Assembly (NCBI GenBank): GCA_040954595.2
Contig: CM082580.2
Span: 12,538,909 to 12,602,908 of the forward strand
DNA length: 64,000 bases
Origin: Balanoglossus misakiensis
Lineage: Eukaryota > Animalia > Hemichordata
Direction of reading: 5' to 3'
Below, in pieces: positions 1 through 33,777 of this stretch. Positions within the stretch are counted from its first letter, which is position 1. The number at the start of each line of letters is the position of its first letter. The translations under genes and the position numbers were made by a program. A model generated the notes under the pieces. It was not told the DNA's origin. It did no database searches and saw nothing but the letters and a program-made list of their open reading frames with translations.

Positions 1-1411
1 GCTGTTCCTTTCAAAGTTTACAGGATTAAATCGGTATTAGCGCCTTGTTTGAATCCGTTGTTATTTTTGCAAACACTTTCCGTAGAATCCGCGGTCTTTT
101 TCGCTCACCGCCTCCATTGTCCGGCCGCATGTACACAGCCAGAAACCAAACAAAGATTTTAGAAGGTATACAAGCTGGTCATTCTACCCAAAACACAGGG
201 GCGTGGGGGAAGAGAAGTGTAACAGTTTTTTGTTACCGAATTAGGCTGGATACGTTGACAGGTGTCCACGAGAAGGAGATGGGGGAGGGGTTCAGAGAGC
301 TCTCCAAAATTACAAAAAGCACGAGAGTGACATTTCAATGTAAAATCGCGCCAAAAAACCCGAGTCGTAGCTTTTCATATCGCGGGCCCACGGCCATCCA
401 AATTTCTACTCCAATTTCCAGTTCTAATAATTCAGATACCGACGTAACCGGGCTATGATCGCTATCCTCACTCCATAAAACCGGCGCGCTATAAATCCAT
501 TCGATGTTTAGTGTTACCAGGCCTGCGCAAGATGGCTAGCCCAATTAAAGGATTGTAAAAGCAAATTATTCGATAAACCCCCAAGACGTAAAAGATGGTC
601 GCGTATTTTGGAAGAAGAGAACAATGGAAGGCACAGTTGCAAGCAGAGACCGGGGTTGGAAGCTTTATCTTCCAGATCCTGCGAGCTTAAGCCATTGTAA
701 TTGGTCAGGGCAAACAATCGTGGTTATCAGACGCGATTTGAGCATGCCAAAAGTTACATTCTACTGATCTTGTTTCCTCAGCAGACACGAACGAGGCAAA
801 TAAATTTGTTTTTGCCTTTCCACCTTTTTTTACAATCCTTTATTTGGCGGTGTTTGGCTTGTCAACATGTCTGATGTGTGGATTGACGGAATCAACGAGC
901 TTGGATCAATGAATGTCGCCTTTATTTAGAAGTTGTAGTGGCAGATGAAAGAGACACAGTGGTGTGATTGTTGTAGGGGTTTGCCCGCGATAAGGCTGAA
1001 TACCTTGTGATTAGAACATGTCGGTCTTCTCTCGAGTTGTTCAGAGAGAGGGGGAGAGACAGAGAGTGAAGGGGGTGGGGATCTATAGAGGGAGCGAGAG
1101 AGAGGGATGTAGCAAGAGCAAAAGAGAGTGGGAGAGAAGGGGGGGCATGAGAGAGCTATGATTGGTAGTTTTGTCAGGTGGGTGGGGTGGGGCTCTGAAC
1201 ATACCGGATGACGGTCACCGGTTTCTGCTGTGATGGTGACCAGCGGCTTTCTGACCTTGCAGTTTGTACAAGACCGGTACTGTCAAAACAGGTGTGCAGC
1301 CATTCCGCGTGACAAATGAGACTAATTAGAATGCAAACTAAACACGTGCATTTTAGCCTATGGGGTGATTTATTGTTCGGTTATTATTTTCCTTCCTTCC
1401 CGGTCTCCCAG

Positions 1412-23162
<21,751 letters not shown>

Positions 23163-25997
23163 TATCCCAACATTTGGTGCCATTATTTTTGGAACGCGGA
23201 CACTTGCTAGATTGCTGTAAATTGCTGTTGGCCCTCTATAAATTTCTTGATATTTTATTTGTTGAGTCGTCGTCGGCCGAGAAGAGTTTGCCCATGATCA
23301 ACCTAAATATGCGATAACGTTTGCATTCTTTGAAATGTTGTGAAAGGTGTTTTTTCTCACTTTTATATGGGTGTGGTCGATAATTGGCCACGTGTTCCGA
23401 AAACTCGTTGACCGTTTTTTTTAGGGGATAGTTAACCGTACCCCTTAGAATTCTTGCCATTTTACCTATGTTTCTGTCATTTCAGTAGTAGATAATCTAC
23501 CTCAGTAGTTCTTGCTGCCTTATTTATCGCTGTAGTGTTACTATGAATTACTTCTGTAATATATATCTCTATATATATCGCCGACAAAAAGTGTGAACAT
23601 CTCACAAGATGTCGACATGAGTGTAAACAACACAACCAGGAAAGCCAAAGGACCCTGAGCGATGCGAGGCAAACACCACTGAGATACCTGCAGTCTGGTC
23701 CACTGTTCCAATTTCTACCGCTGGCTGTAGTATTGCCCCAAATGCCAAAAGCAGGTGCGGGCAAGTTGGCCAACAGAAACCATCTTAGTTTTCATTTTAT
23801 TTCTCTAATTGTAAGTTATATATGCTAAGAAAATAGTAACTTTTAGCTCCGTCCTACGTGCAAACCCACAAACGTTTATGGTAGACTTTATTATATTTTG
23901 TGTATTTGCAGCCTACTAGTAGAAATAGCTTGTGTGTCTTTGTTTCTTTGAAGCTGACCGTCGGATCGACATTTTTGTTCCCGCTGTTTGAATGCAATGA
24001 TTTCGGTATAATGGAGAACAAATTAACTATTTTAAACTGTAAATTCAGCAGTTTGACAAATATCATGTTTATATTGCCTACTGCATGGTAAGCAATATTG
24101 AATAGAAGGGCTAATTTTTTCGTGACAAAGCTTTTTCAGCAGAATTTCAAAGCCGACATTGCCAAATTTGGCAACACTTGACCACTTGGTGGCGCTATAC
24201 TGGTGGGACATTAGGCGGGGGGGGGGGGGAGATATTGACTTTGCAACACGAATTGAACTTGGAGTGGGCCGTGTCACCATGCTAGAAATAGCAATTAGAT
24301 TAGTGGAAAGGAACACATATCAGTACGACTCGTGAAAAACGGTATCTATATTTTATAAAATGGACTTCTCGCCACAAAACAGGACATAGGCATGATATGT
24401 GCTGGGATATCAGATTCAACTACCGTGAATCACAAAACTATACCTGACACCATGTCACAGATGTCTTCGAAGTGTGCTAATGTGTAGGTTTTGATATTAA
24501 GTGAGGTGGCTTGATAAATTGGATAATTTTGTCCACGGGATAAATACTAGTTTTCCGAACGATTCTTGTACTCGTCTGCAGACCATTCACAACAGAAGAC
24601 ATTCTGGGTGAATCAGTAGTCACTTTTATATGATTCAAAAATTAACTGCGGCAATCACACCCTGCAATATTGAAATATATATAATATACGACTTTAAAAT
24701 GCAATGTATTATGTGAAATGTAGACGGATACATGCTCTGTCAAAAATAGCATGTCTTCATGGATTTGATGTAAAGTTCTTTCGTACTTCAGATTTCATTC
24801 AATTTTTGTCAGAGAAACATTAAACCACCAATTACTGCTGCTGTTGTTCTTATGGATTTTCGTTGGAGTACTTTGATCTTGTCTATCGATACACAGTGTT
24901 ATCATTTCATTACCATTTGACACTTTTTGTAGTTATGTATTCTAAGCCACATATTTTGGACAAAAACGCTGGACCTTTGCCAGTCACAAGTTGACTGAAA
25001 TGCCACATGCCTCTTACTGGTATTTCTAAAAATAAACAACAGTAACCATAATATTGCGTATTTTGGCACGACGACTTGTTTCTTTACAAAAGCTGGATTG
25101 AGTAGAGATCTTCATTTGGCTTGTTTATTTCATGACATGACCTCCTCCCTCCCACCCCTAAAAAATTCTACTCTCATTTTTTACTGGGTGAACTTCATTA
25201 TTTATAATCAGCTTATTTCATTATTTAGTGATAATACAAGTAACTATACAACTTGTGACTGGCCGTGACAGTGTTACGCAAAGACTTGTTAGTTTATTCA
25301 TGGTTAATTATCATTGTGTGGTATTAAACAGATCTGTTTCTTTTAGCTTCAAGAGTTTCTTAAATTATCACTTGATGAGCAGATACATGTCCTTTTTATT
25401 TTTAACAGCAAACAATGTTGCAAACACAGCAGAATCTTTTTTTCTTCTTCTCTGAGACCTTTCATTGTGATTGAATGTGCAAATTATTGGGGAAATCACA
25501 TTTTATAAATTATTTTGATTACCGGACCGGATGACTGAGAGAACTTTGCCAAGAATTGTTAATATACATTTTGATCAACAATTCTATTGTGTACTTAATC
25601 TTCAATAAAGGTTGACCTTGTATTGTATTTGTGTGTTTCTTTGTCTGTTACTTCAAGATGCCATACTACACCGCAGGTCTTCAAAACAGTGATCAAGGTA
25701 CATGCACATGTATCACACGTCAAAGGCCAGCTGACAAACAACTACTAAATAATGAATCAGTGGCCCCTGAATATGCATGACAATAGTGCAGTGTTTAATC
25801 CTTGAACTGGTAATGCATACTCCAGGGCTCCCATGTACCGTATTTTGGCTATTGTGCCTACCATGGCACTCTCATAACATGATAACTAACAATTCTTGCC
25901 TGCTGTAAGATATCCTGATCAACTTGACGTCTCCACAGCAAGCATTCATGTCTGGTTCTCCACACTGCTCATGTCTTCTTCCAACCATATCTTATTT

Positions 25998-27786
25998 TCA
26001 CTCCTCATCATCAGCATTCAGTCTTTCTTTCTTTCTTTTCTTCTTCTTTCTTTTCTTATGGTGTCTGTGGCTACGTCTCTCACCATCTCTGTCACCATAT
26101 CTGTCCCCGTCACTGTTATTCAAATTATCGCTCTCACCACCACTGTGTCCATCACTGTCTCTGTCTTCATTCAACTCCTGCTTGATGTTGTCATTTCCTT
26201 CCAACCTTCCACAGTTCTCAATATCTTCTCTGCATTGCCCATCTTTTTGCACTTCTTCCGTCGCTTCTGAAGTCTTCTCATAGTTTTCACCCTGTCCTTC
26301 TTTCTCCTTCTCACTGTGGCCACTTCTGTCTCTATCCCTTTCTCTCTCTCTGTCCCGCTCTCTGTATTTGTCCTTATGTTTGTCTCTATGTCTATCGCTA
26401 TGTCTGTGTCTATCTCTGTCCCTATCTCTTCTCCTGTCTCTACCTCCATCTCTGTCTCTATCTCCCTCTCTATGTCCCCCTCTATCCCTGTCCCTCCTCC
26501 TGTCTCCCTCCCTATCCCTTTCTCTGTTCTCATCCCTCCAACGGTGTCTGCTCCACTCACCTTCCCCACTACCATCAGGTAGGAGAGAGATTGGTTTCTT
26601 GAAAGGTCTATCTCGGCCCCCGAATCTCAATTGTCCAGATTCCTTCCTCCCTCCAAAACCACCACCTGTATTGAAAAAAATTAAAAGTATAAAATAAAGG
26701 TGTTTCTAGGGGCATTCATGCAAACAAGTACAAAATAAAATAGTGCCAAGGACACTGTGCAGCCATTTGATCAGCACTGGTACATTCATGTGGACTATTG
26801 CCTCACACTGCAAGACTCAGTTTGAATTCAACCACAGTCCAAGCAAAAACACACTTACCCAAACGTCTCGGTATCCAGCCTTTCAGTTTTCGTTCACATT
26901 CATAGTCTACAAGTATTTCTTTCTCATCGAGGAATTTTCTGTTGCAGTTCCTGTAAGCCCTATCGGCTGAGACTCCGTCCGAATACTCAATGAAGGCATA
27001 ACCTTTTGAAAATCCTGTTATAATATCGCGAACCAGTCTGAGATGTTTAATTTTACCATATTTAGCGAAAACCTAAATGAAAAATTATTAAAAGTCTGTT
27101 ATATGAAAAAAATATCTACTGTATAGAGTGCGCTATTTCACACACATACCCTTGAAAATCAGTTCTCATGTAAAGCCTAAGGTATAGCCATAACCTCAGC
27201 CATGACCACCTGTGGATATGTATATGAAGAGTTTCACCAATATATTTTTATAAATTTGTTTATTTACTATAGTATTTACCTTCGTGAGTGAAGTTTCATC
27301 AGTCTTTCGACTCAATCTTGTGACAATGATAGTCCTGAGAGGGTCACCAACAACACCTTTGTTAGGTTTGTATTTAGCCTAAAATCAAATGCCAAGAGAA
27401 TGAGAATAAACGTGTGAATTTTTCTGTTTTTTTTTGCAACTGCTGTTGCACATAGCATGCCTAGTACATGTACTAGGCCTGTGTGCAAGTGTGTGTGTGT
27501 TCCCGGCGTTGTACACGGTCGTAACACAGGGAACACACCTCTGCCATGCGGTCTGCGTGCTCCCGGCGTTACACGCCAAGCTAGGAACACACTAATTGTA
27601 CTGTACGCAGGGCTAGACTTATTAAGTTGAACATATCCCCACCACAAGCAACTACTGCATATTTACCTCCATAGCCCTCTCAACGGCCTTGTCGTGCGGG
27701 ATTGTGTCGGTGCCATCAATGCTGCCGGCTTTCAGGGGATCGTAAATATTAGAAAAGGCACTCCACGTACTGTCCAAGACGTCCAT
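25998..27786 (-). CDS. SNRNP35: U11/U12 snRNP 35 kDa protein (minor spliceosome RRM protein)
   Basis: Exons 27786-27667, 27378-27280, 27072-26859, 26665-25998. Translation [62 protein letters not shown]...[19 protein letters not shown]...[34 protein letters not shown] matches the U11-35K family, followed by a long R/D/E-rich tail. Confidence 0.95.
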
Positions 27787-27806
27787 CTTGTCTTCTGCAG
27801 TCCGTG

Positions 27807-27884
27807 TGACCTTTGACCTCTAACTTGCGCCCTCAACACAAACCCTTACTGCGGTTTTGTTTTTACAAAATGGCTGCCATTTTG
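27807..27884. promoter_or_regulatory. SNRNP35 5' region: DR1 element and palindromic double YY1-type site
   Basis: TGACCTTTGACCT at 27807-27819. CAAAATGGC-T-GCCATTTTG at 27866-27884 is a perfect inverted repeat giving a YY1-like CAAAATGGCNGC on each strand. Confidence 0.45.
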
Positions 27885-28357
27885 GCAGCCGCGTAATTCA
27901 GTAGCACGAGGTTTTGCCTTTTTCTGTCTAACACACAAACCAAGGCAAAACTTCGATCTACTGAACTGCAGCTACTGTCTAGGGTAAGAACTTTTAACTA
28001 GTGATAACTTTTATGCTCCCAAAGTGTTTTCCTGTGTATCAAGAACATTGCCCCCCCTGGCTTGTAGGAAAAGCCTTTATTTTTAGTATTATTCAAATGC
28101 ATCATAAATCAACAAAAGGAACGATGGGACGGATGCGGTATAAAATACACACTGGGTGTTACATGTTCACAGATTTTCGCTTGAATCTGGTTTAATTAAT
28201 AGACAGTACGACAAGAAAATGGAGTTTGTAAGGAATGGGTTCTCAAAATACAAAACACGCCAAAAGCAATCGGTTGTCAGCTATTCCAATCGGTGATCGT
28301 GTCACGGAGGAGCAGCTAATCAGAATCCAGCGGGCACCATTCCAGTGGCCCTCACGT

Positions 28358-30548
28358 TTAATCCAACTTTCTCCTGGTCAGCAGATACTCAACGATATGA
28401 TCCATGTTCCATTCGTCATACCATCTGCAACTACCCACGTCATAAGCGTCACATGACACCCTCGGTTGACCCGGTACACGTGACGGCAAATCGGGTTCCT
28501 CGCTTCTCTTTCCCAGAGCATAGAAACTCTTGTAGTAATACCTAAAAGGAAAATATATAAATAATGATGACCGATTTTGTTTGCTGGTGGTACGTGTTAC
28601 CTTTATATATGATTAACAACAACAATAACAGCAGCAGCAGCAGCAGCAACAACAACAACAACATATTACTGAAACAAAGTCGCAAAGAAATCCTCCTACC
28701 ATCTTTGGATGATATACTTGTGTCCTCCGTCGACAATGTCAGCAGAGTGAATGGACATGGGCTCACAGTTTCCATCGGCGTCCATGTTGTTCCAGACAAT
28801 GGCCCGTCCTTGCCTCGGTTTCACTCGAATGCCGAGCTCTGCGAATGAATAATGAAGAACATCATACTTCCATAATTAACTGACCATAAAAATCATAATT
28901 TAAAAACAAATGAAATCTTGGTCGCTGACTTACCTGGGAATGTGGTTTGCCCGCCGTGAACATCTTGCAAGTAAACCAGAATCGTTGCGTAACGGTCTCT
29001 TTCTTCGGTAGAACCCACAACGCAGTCGGTGTGTGTCTTATAACCTGGAGTTAAGTGCGAATAGAGGTGTTAAAATGCATATAAATCCTCGATATCACCA
29101 TATGATGATAGTCACTGAAATTCTCACAACACCTGTCGGACGTCAACTTACCAACACCATAAGGGTAAGAAGTAATCTGAAATTTTCCTCCGTTGCTTGG
29201 ATTGAGTCCCGTGGCTTGTTCCACCTGAGTTTCAAACCGCGTCGAAAATTTACTCTCGCCGCTGTAAAACGATGTACTGTACGACCATTTTATAAACTTG
29301 CCAAGTTGTTGAGAAAAACTCGCATTGACGCATGTGGTACCTGCAATTAAACAATGGATAATCAACTGGCGCAAGGGAACACGGCCATTCGATTGATCGG
29401 GAAAATAGTTCAATTGTTTAGTGACCAGTCTAACTGGTTTACCTGGTGTAAAATCCCTCTCGGACACTTTGATGTCTTTCCCTGCGCCTTGAAGATGTTT
29501 CCGCAGGGTCACAACACTGTTGAAGCACACGATGGGCCCATCTTTGTCCGCCTCCTTCACGTGCTTATTGTGGACGGCCATTAAACCGTGGCATTCTCTC
29601 GGAGTCAAAAAGTTCTCGTACATGTACACCCTACAGGAGTCAGAACACATGGACGGTAAATGAGGTTATGGGATATCACTGACAGTTGCAAGAAATCTTC
29701 CCACTTTCCCGAAACTCATCGTTTCAAAATGTCCAAGTCAACATTGTGATTCGGTGACATACGTGAACGACGTGTGCTGATTGAAGGGTACTACGCGCAT
29801 ATCCTTACCTTACTGAGCTATTGTTTGGCTTGTCGCCTTTCAATTCTTGTGCTTTTATCATCCTTCCATCGACTTCAATGTCACGAACGTTTAACGAATT
29901 CAAAATCTCAGATTTAAAGTTGGCTATCCCTTCTCTTTCCACCGGGTCCAAGTTTCCGTCGGTTGCTGATCGCTCCTCCAATTGGAAGTTTAATTTCGTT
30001 TTGTCTTCCTTTCGTTTTGCGCTATCTGTTTTGTCTTTCGGCCTCCTCCTCTTCTTATTATTAAAAGTTACACTTTCTCCTTTCTCTCCAGTGTTTCCAT
30101 CAGAATCTTTCAGATGTTTCTGCTTGCTAGTGGAACTGCCATCGCTGTCGATGCTGACCTCGCTCTGTTCGCTTCCCGACGTGGTTGCTTCCGCGGATCC
30201 CGGCGCAGATTCTTGACCGGCCCCGTGGGGTGGCGCTCCTTCCGACCCTTCTGCTTCGTGTCTGCTCCCCACCGAGTGTTCATCCCCGTTTTGCGTTTTG
30301 CTGGCATTTGCAGATACCCCGGAACTCCTCTCCGGGTGCGTCGAGTCATCTCGCAGCAGCCCACGATACGCGACTATGCTGCAGATCAATACAGTTGCCG
30401 TAGCAACGAGCACCAACTTAGTTGTAGGAAAACCGTAAAATGCATTTTTCTTACCACGGCCAGAGCCCGGCCTCTGTACTTTGACCTGGGGTTTAATCCT
30501 GTCTGACTTGTGAGCATGCCTCGACTTGAGGGACTTCGGTTTTGCCAT
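28358..30548 (-). CDS. Type II membrane-anchored prolyl 4-hydroxylase-like 2-oxoglutarate/Fe(II) dioxygenase
   Basis: Exons 30548-29809, 29630-29443, 29340-29152, 29044-28934, 28838-28700, 28541-28358 (TAA). Basic N-terminus, one hydrophobic segment (LVLVATATVLICSIVAY), a low-complexity stalk, then P4Hc motifs: VYMYENFLTPREC, YKTHTD (HxD), RYATILVYLQDVHGGQTTFP, VKPRQGRAIVWNN and HSADIVDGGHKYIIQRW (distal His, with the 2OG-binding Lys 10 residues later). Confidence 0.88.
28615..28662. repeat. (AAC)n/(AGC)n microsatellite in the last P4H-like intron
   Basis: Directly visible. Confidence 0.9.
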
Positions 30549-31306
30549 TTTCTACTCGTTGGTATGACAGCAATTATAGGCATACATTTCCCGTTATTGC
30601 CACGGACTGTTCAGAAATTTGCACTGCTCGCTATTTAGACGTAAACTGTGTTTAGAACTTACAAGTTTCAAGGAGATATAATACCTTCAGTGTGATAGTC
30701 TGGTCAGCTGTACTACGCGTTAATAAATATACAACTTATCGGGTCAATACTTAATCAAATTATAAATGAAATACAGATAGTGGGATTGATTGTACTACTG
30801 TTGGTATATGACAAACCGTGGCAACAACGCATTGATAGAACAGGGTAGTCAAGCTGTATTGGACAAAATAATGTATTATATGTTAAAAATAGCTATGTTC
30901 CCATTGTTTAAAATTAATACTTTACAACTGTGCTGGTATACATTGTACACTTTGATTTGTCCATAGCGGGAGGTGCGCCATCTACGGTCGGAATCCCGCA
31001 TGGCAGGGGTCAAAGGCCAGCCTCAGCAAGCGAAACTCACATAGTAAACATTGAGAACAACGGCGATCGCGAAGTGATGCGGGGCTAGATTTCATCAAAG
31101 GCGCTCAACAAGTGCTATGATCGTCAATTATGCCACGGGACACTGACAACAACTTAAGCCACACTTCAGGTATTTAACTAAACAGGGTTACCGGGGTCGA
31201 ACTCGAGAACGCACGCCACGTCACGTCAGAAGTCGTATAAAAGCGTCGATCGCTGTAGAGCTAATACTGACTACTGTAGTAAGTCACTGGCAAGTCATCG
31301 TACACC

Positions 31307-33777
31307 ATGGATCTTTCAGTGGAAACAATGGAAAAGGCGAAGGACTTGGCCTTCAACACAAAATGGCTTCTGGATCTCTTTATCTCCTTGGCGCATATGT
31401 TGACGATCTTTGTCGCGTGTTATGTTTTCCGAATCGTTGGCAGGAAGTTGGTGCCAAAAACCGTTTACCCATATGTTGCCGAAGTGATATGCATGTTCCA
31501 GTTGGCCGCTTGTTGCATGGAGAATGGTACCATCATATATCCCGAGTACGGCGTCTTTGCATACGCCTTCATCATGTTTTGGCTGACGGTCGGTTTCATC
31601 GTGACGTTCGACGGCAACGGAAACCCTTGTAACATTCTGGCAGAACTTGTTCAGAGGAGGATCACCCCGTCTTCCTTGCTGAGTGCGTGTGCCAAGATGG
31701 TTTGCTCGGTAGCCGGCGGTTTGATCGCCGTGCAGCACATCAACATGTTCTGGAGTTTCGGCGCCCTGGATCGCCACTGGCACCACGTCCAACAATTACA
31801 CATCCCCTGCACTTCCGCGATGAAGACTACTGTAGTGTATGGATTCGTGGCGGAGTTCCTAGCAACGTTTACCGTTCGGTTTGTCGCCGGTTTCCATCAG
31901 CTGGGCGGAAAACGGTGGCATAAATTCGTGGTATCATCGGTGATAGTAGCCGTATCTCTAACAGGTAAAGAGCGATTTAATCATTCGTTTGGGGGATCTG
32001 ATAGAAAAAGACGTAAAAGCTAGAAACAAATATCAGATCAGCCATGTCTATATTCTCATATATGATTAACATATGTTGAAGGCCAAGCATTTTATTACTT
32101 TAAAAATTATTTGAATTTTTAGTTTCATTTCACACTGTACACTTATTTTGTAAGACAACATTTAAAGGGACAAAGTCTCTCTCTCACTCTCATTTTCCCA
32201 TTTATTATGTTTGATTCACTACACTGTCTATGCTAATGCACATGTGGATATATAGTGAATCAACATTCAACCTTGCCTTTCCAGAGGGCGCCGTCAATGA
32301 CCTTTGGCTTTTCAGAGACGCGGTGCAAGACGTCTCTCCAAATCCGTTTGAGCTCGTGCTGTGATTGGCTAGTACCATGCAAGATGTTGCTTCATATGAT
32401 TGGCTAATATGCCAGACAGAAGTTCCATCGCGTGCATGGATCGCGTGCACGTTCGATCAGTACGCGTAACGTCCTTGTCACGTGACGTGGCATACGTGTA
32501 GAACAGACGTTCAGAACAACAAACGACACTTGTACTCGTAAATTATGATTACGTGTAAAATAATTCCGATTATCTCAATTTTTGGCGATCGATCTATAAA
32601 AATGAAATCGTGAAGTAAGTAGGCAACCATGGTGATACTTCCGGTGGAACGCCATTGACGAATCAGTTACCTTCCCCTAAATCGAAGGCCACTTCAGCGC
32701 TCTCATTGGTTGAACGAAACGGATTTGGAGAGACCTCTTGACCGCGTCTCTGAAAAGCCAAAGGTCATTGAGGGCGCCCTCTTGAGAGGCAACATTCAAC
32801 CATCACGTTTGTAGGATATGAGAGTAAAAATCTCGCCAAAATGAATAAATGGTAAACACCGAATATTCATTTTGCTCTCCCGTCTACAAGTGGGATGGAA
32901 GGTGTGTGTGGTTGAACTATGAGTAAAATTTCTACATAATGTTTACCATAGAGATTTTCAAAGTCACTAAATTTGGCGGCCATTTTGAATTCCATAGACT
33001 AAGCACAGATATAGGCGGCCATTTTGAACCTCAAATTTGGCGGCCATTTTGAAAGTCTTAATTTTAAGACAATTTTGAAAAGACCCCCCCCCCCCCCCCC
33101 CCGAATTTAATGAGTAAATGAAAAATTATTTTCGGCAAGAAATGGATAATCTAAAGTAGCCAAAAATGAATAATCAGTGTTTACCATTTATTCATTTTGG
33201 CGAGATTTTTACTCTCTCATCTATATGCAGGATGGAAGTTGTTTGTGGTTGAACGTTGATTCACTATATACAATGGTGTCTTGTATCAAACATACTTAAT
33301 GGGAAAAGGGCAGCAAGAGAGAGACTTTGTCCTTTTAATGTGTTAATTTGTCATATATCAGACAAATTCTTTAAAACTGAGTTTATGTGTCTGAATATGG
33401 GATTTTATATTATAACCCTCTTTCATGGAGTTATTTGCAAGAAAACACATACCAGTTTATATATTCGCTTATATTGTAAAAATTATTTTGTTACAGGAGC
33501 GGAGTACACAGGTATGATGTTCAACCCTGCCGTGGCCACTGTACTGACCTATAACTGCGCCGGGCATCATTTCTCAGAACACGTCACCACTTATTGGGCA
33601 GGTCCCTTCCTTGCTACGTTGGTGACAATCTACCTACAAAGTGTTATCAAACACTGGCAGAGGAAACAGCTGACCATGAAACCAAAGCAACAACTTCATG
33701 TGAATGGAGAAGTGAAATCACAGACAAACGAATCCCTCAAGCACCGAAAGACGCGTAAACGTAAACGCTATTACTAA
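31307..33777 (+). CDS. Unorthodox aquaporin (AQP11/AQP12 superaquaporin family)
   Basis: Exons 31307-31964 and 33497-33777 (TAA). Multiple hydrophobic helices. The first NPA box is the deviant NPC (DGNGNPC); the second is FNPAVA, followed by the subfamily Cys (TYNC) and YWAGP. Confidence 0.92.
32249..33270. mobile_element. Outer non-autonomous DNA transposon (MITE-like) with TA-flanked terminal inverted repeats
   Basis: Left end TATATAGTGAATCAACATTCAACC (32249-32272) pairs with right end GGTTGAACGTTGATTCACTATATA (33247-33270). A second inverted segment GAGAGTAAAAATCTCGCCAAAATGAATAAATGGTAAACAC (~32820) pairs with its reverse complement (~33177-33217). Three internal GGCGGCCATTTTGAA repeats. 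Confidence 0.75.
32273..32792. mobile_element. Inner MITE (520 bp) with ~77-bp TIRs and a 9-bp target-site duplication, Mutator-like
   Basis: TIR TTGCCTTTCCAGAGGGCGCCGTCAATGACCTTTGGCTTTTCAGAGACGCGG...CTCTCCAAATCCGTTT and its near-perfect reverse complement ending ...GGCGCCCTCTTGAGAGGCAA. Direct repeat CATTCAACC at 32264-32272 and 32793-32801. Confidence 0.85.

Noticed and set aside
1-1411. Candidate first coding exon of RFX6 (ATGs at 868, 1018, 1158, 1209) and ORF 45-458
   Set aside because: None gives a convincing open frame with a strong phase-1 donor and recognisable homology. The true first exon may lie upstream of the window.
25896-26697. Long plus-strand Ser/Leu/Val-rich hydrophobic ORFs
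   Set aside because: They are antisense shadows of the low-complexity SNRNP35 tail.
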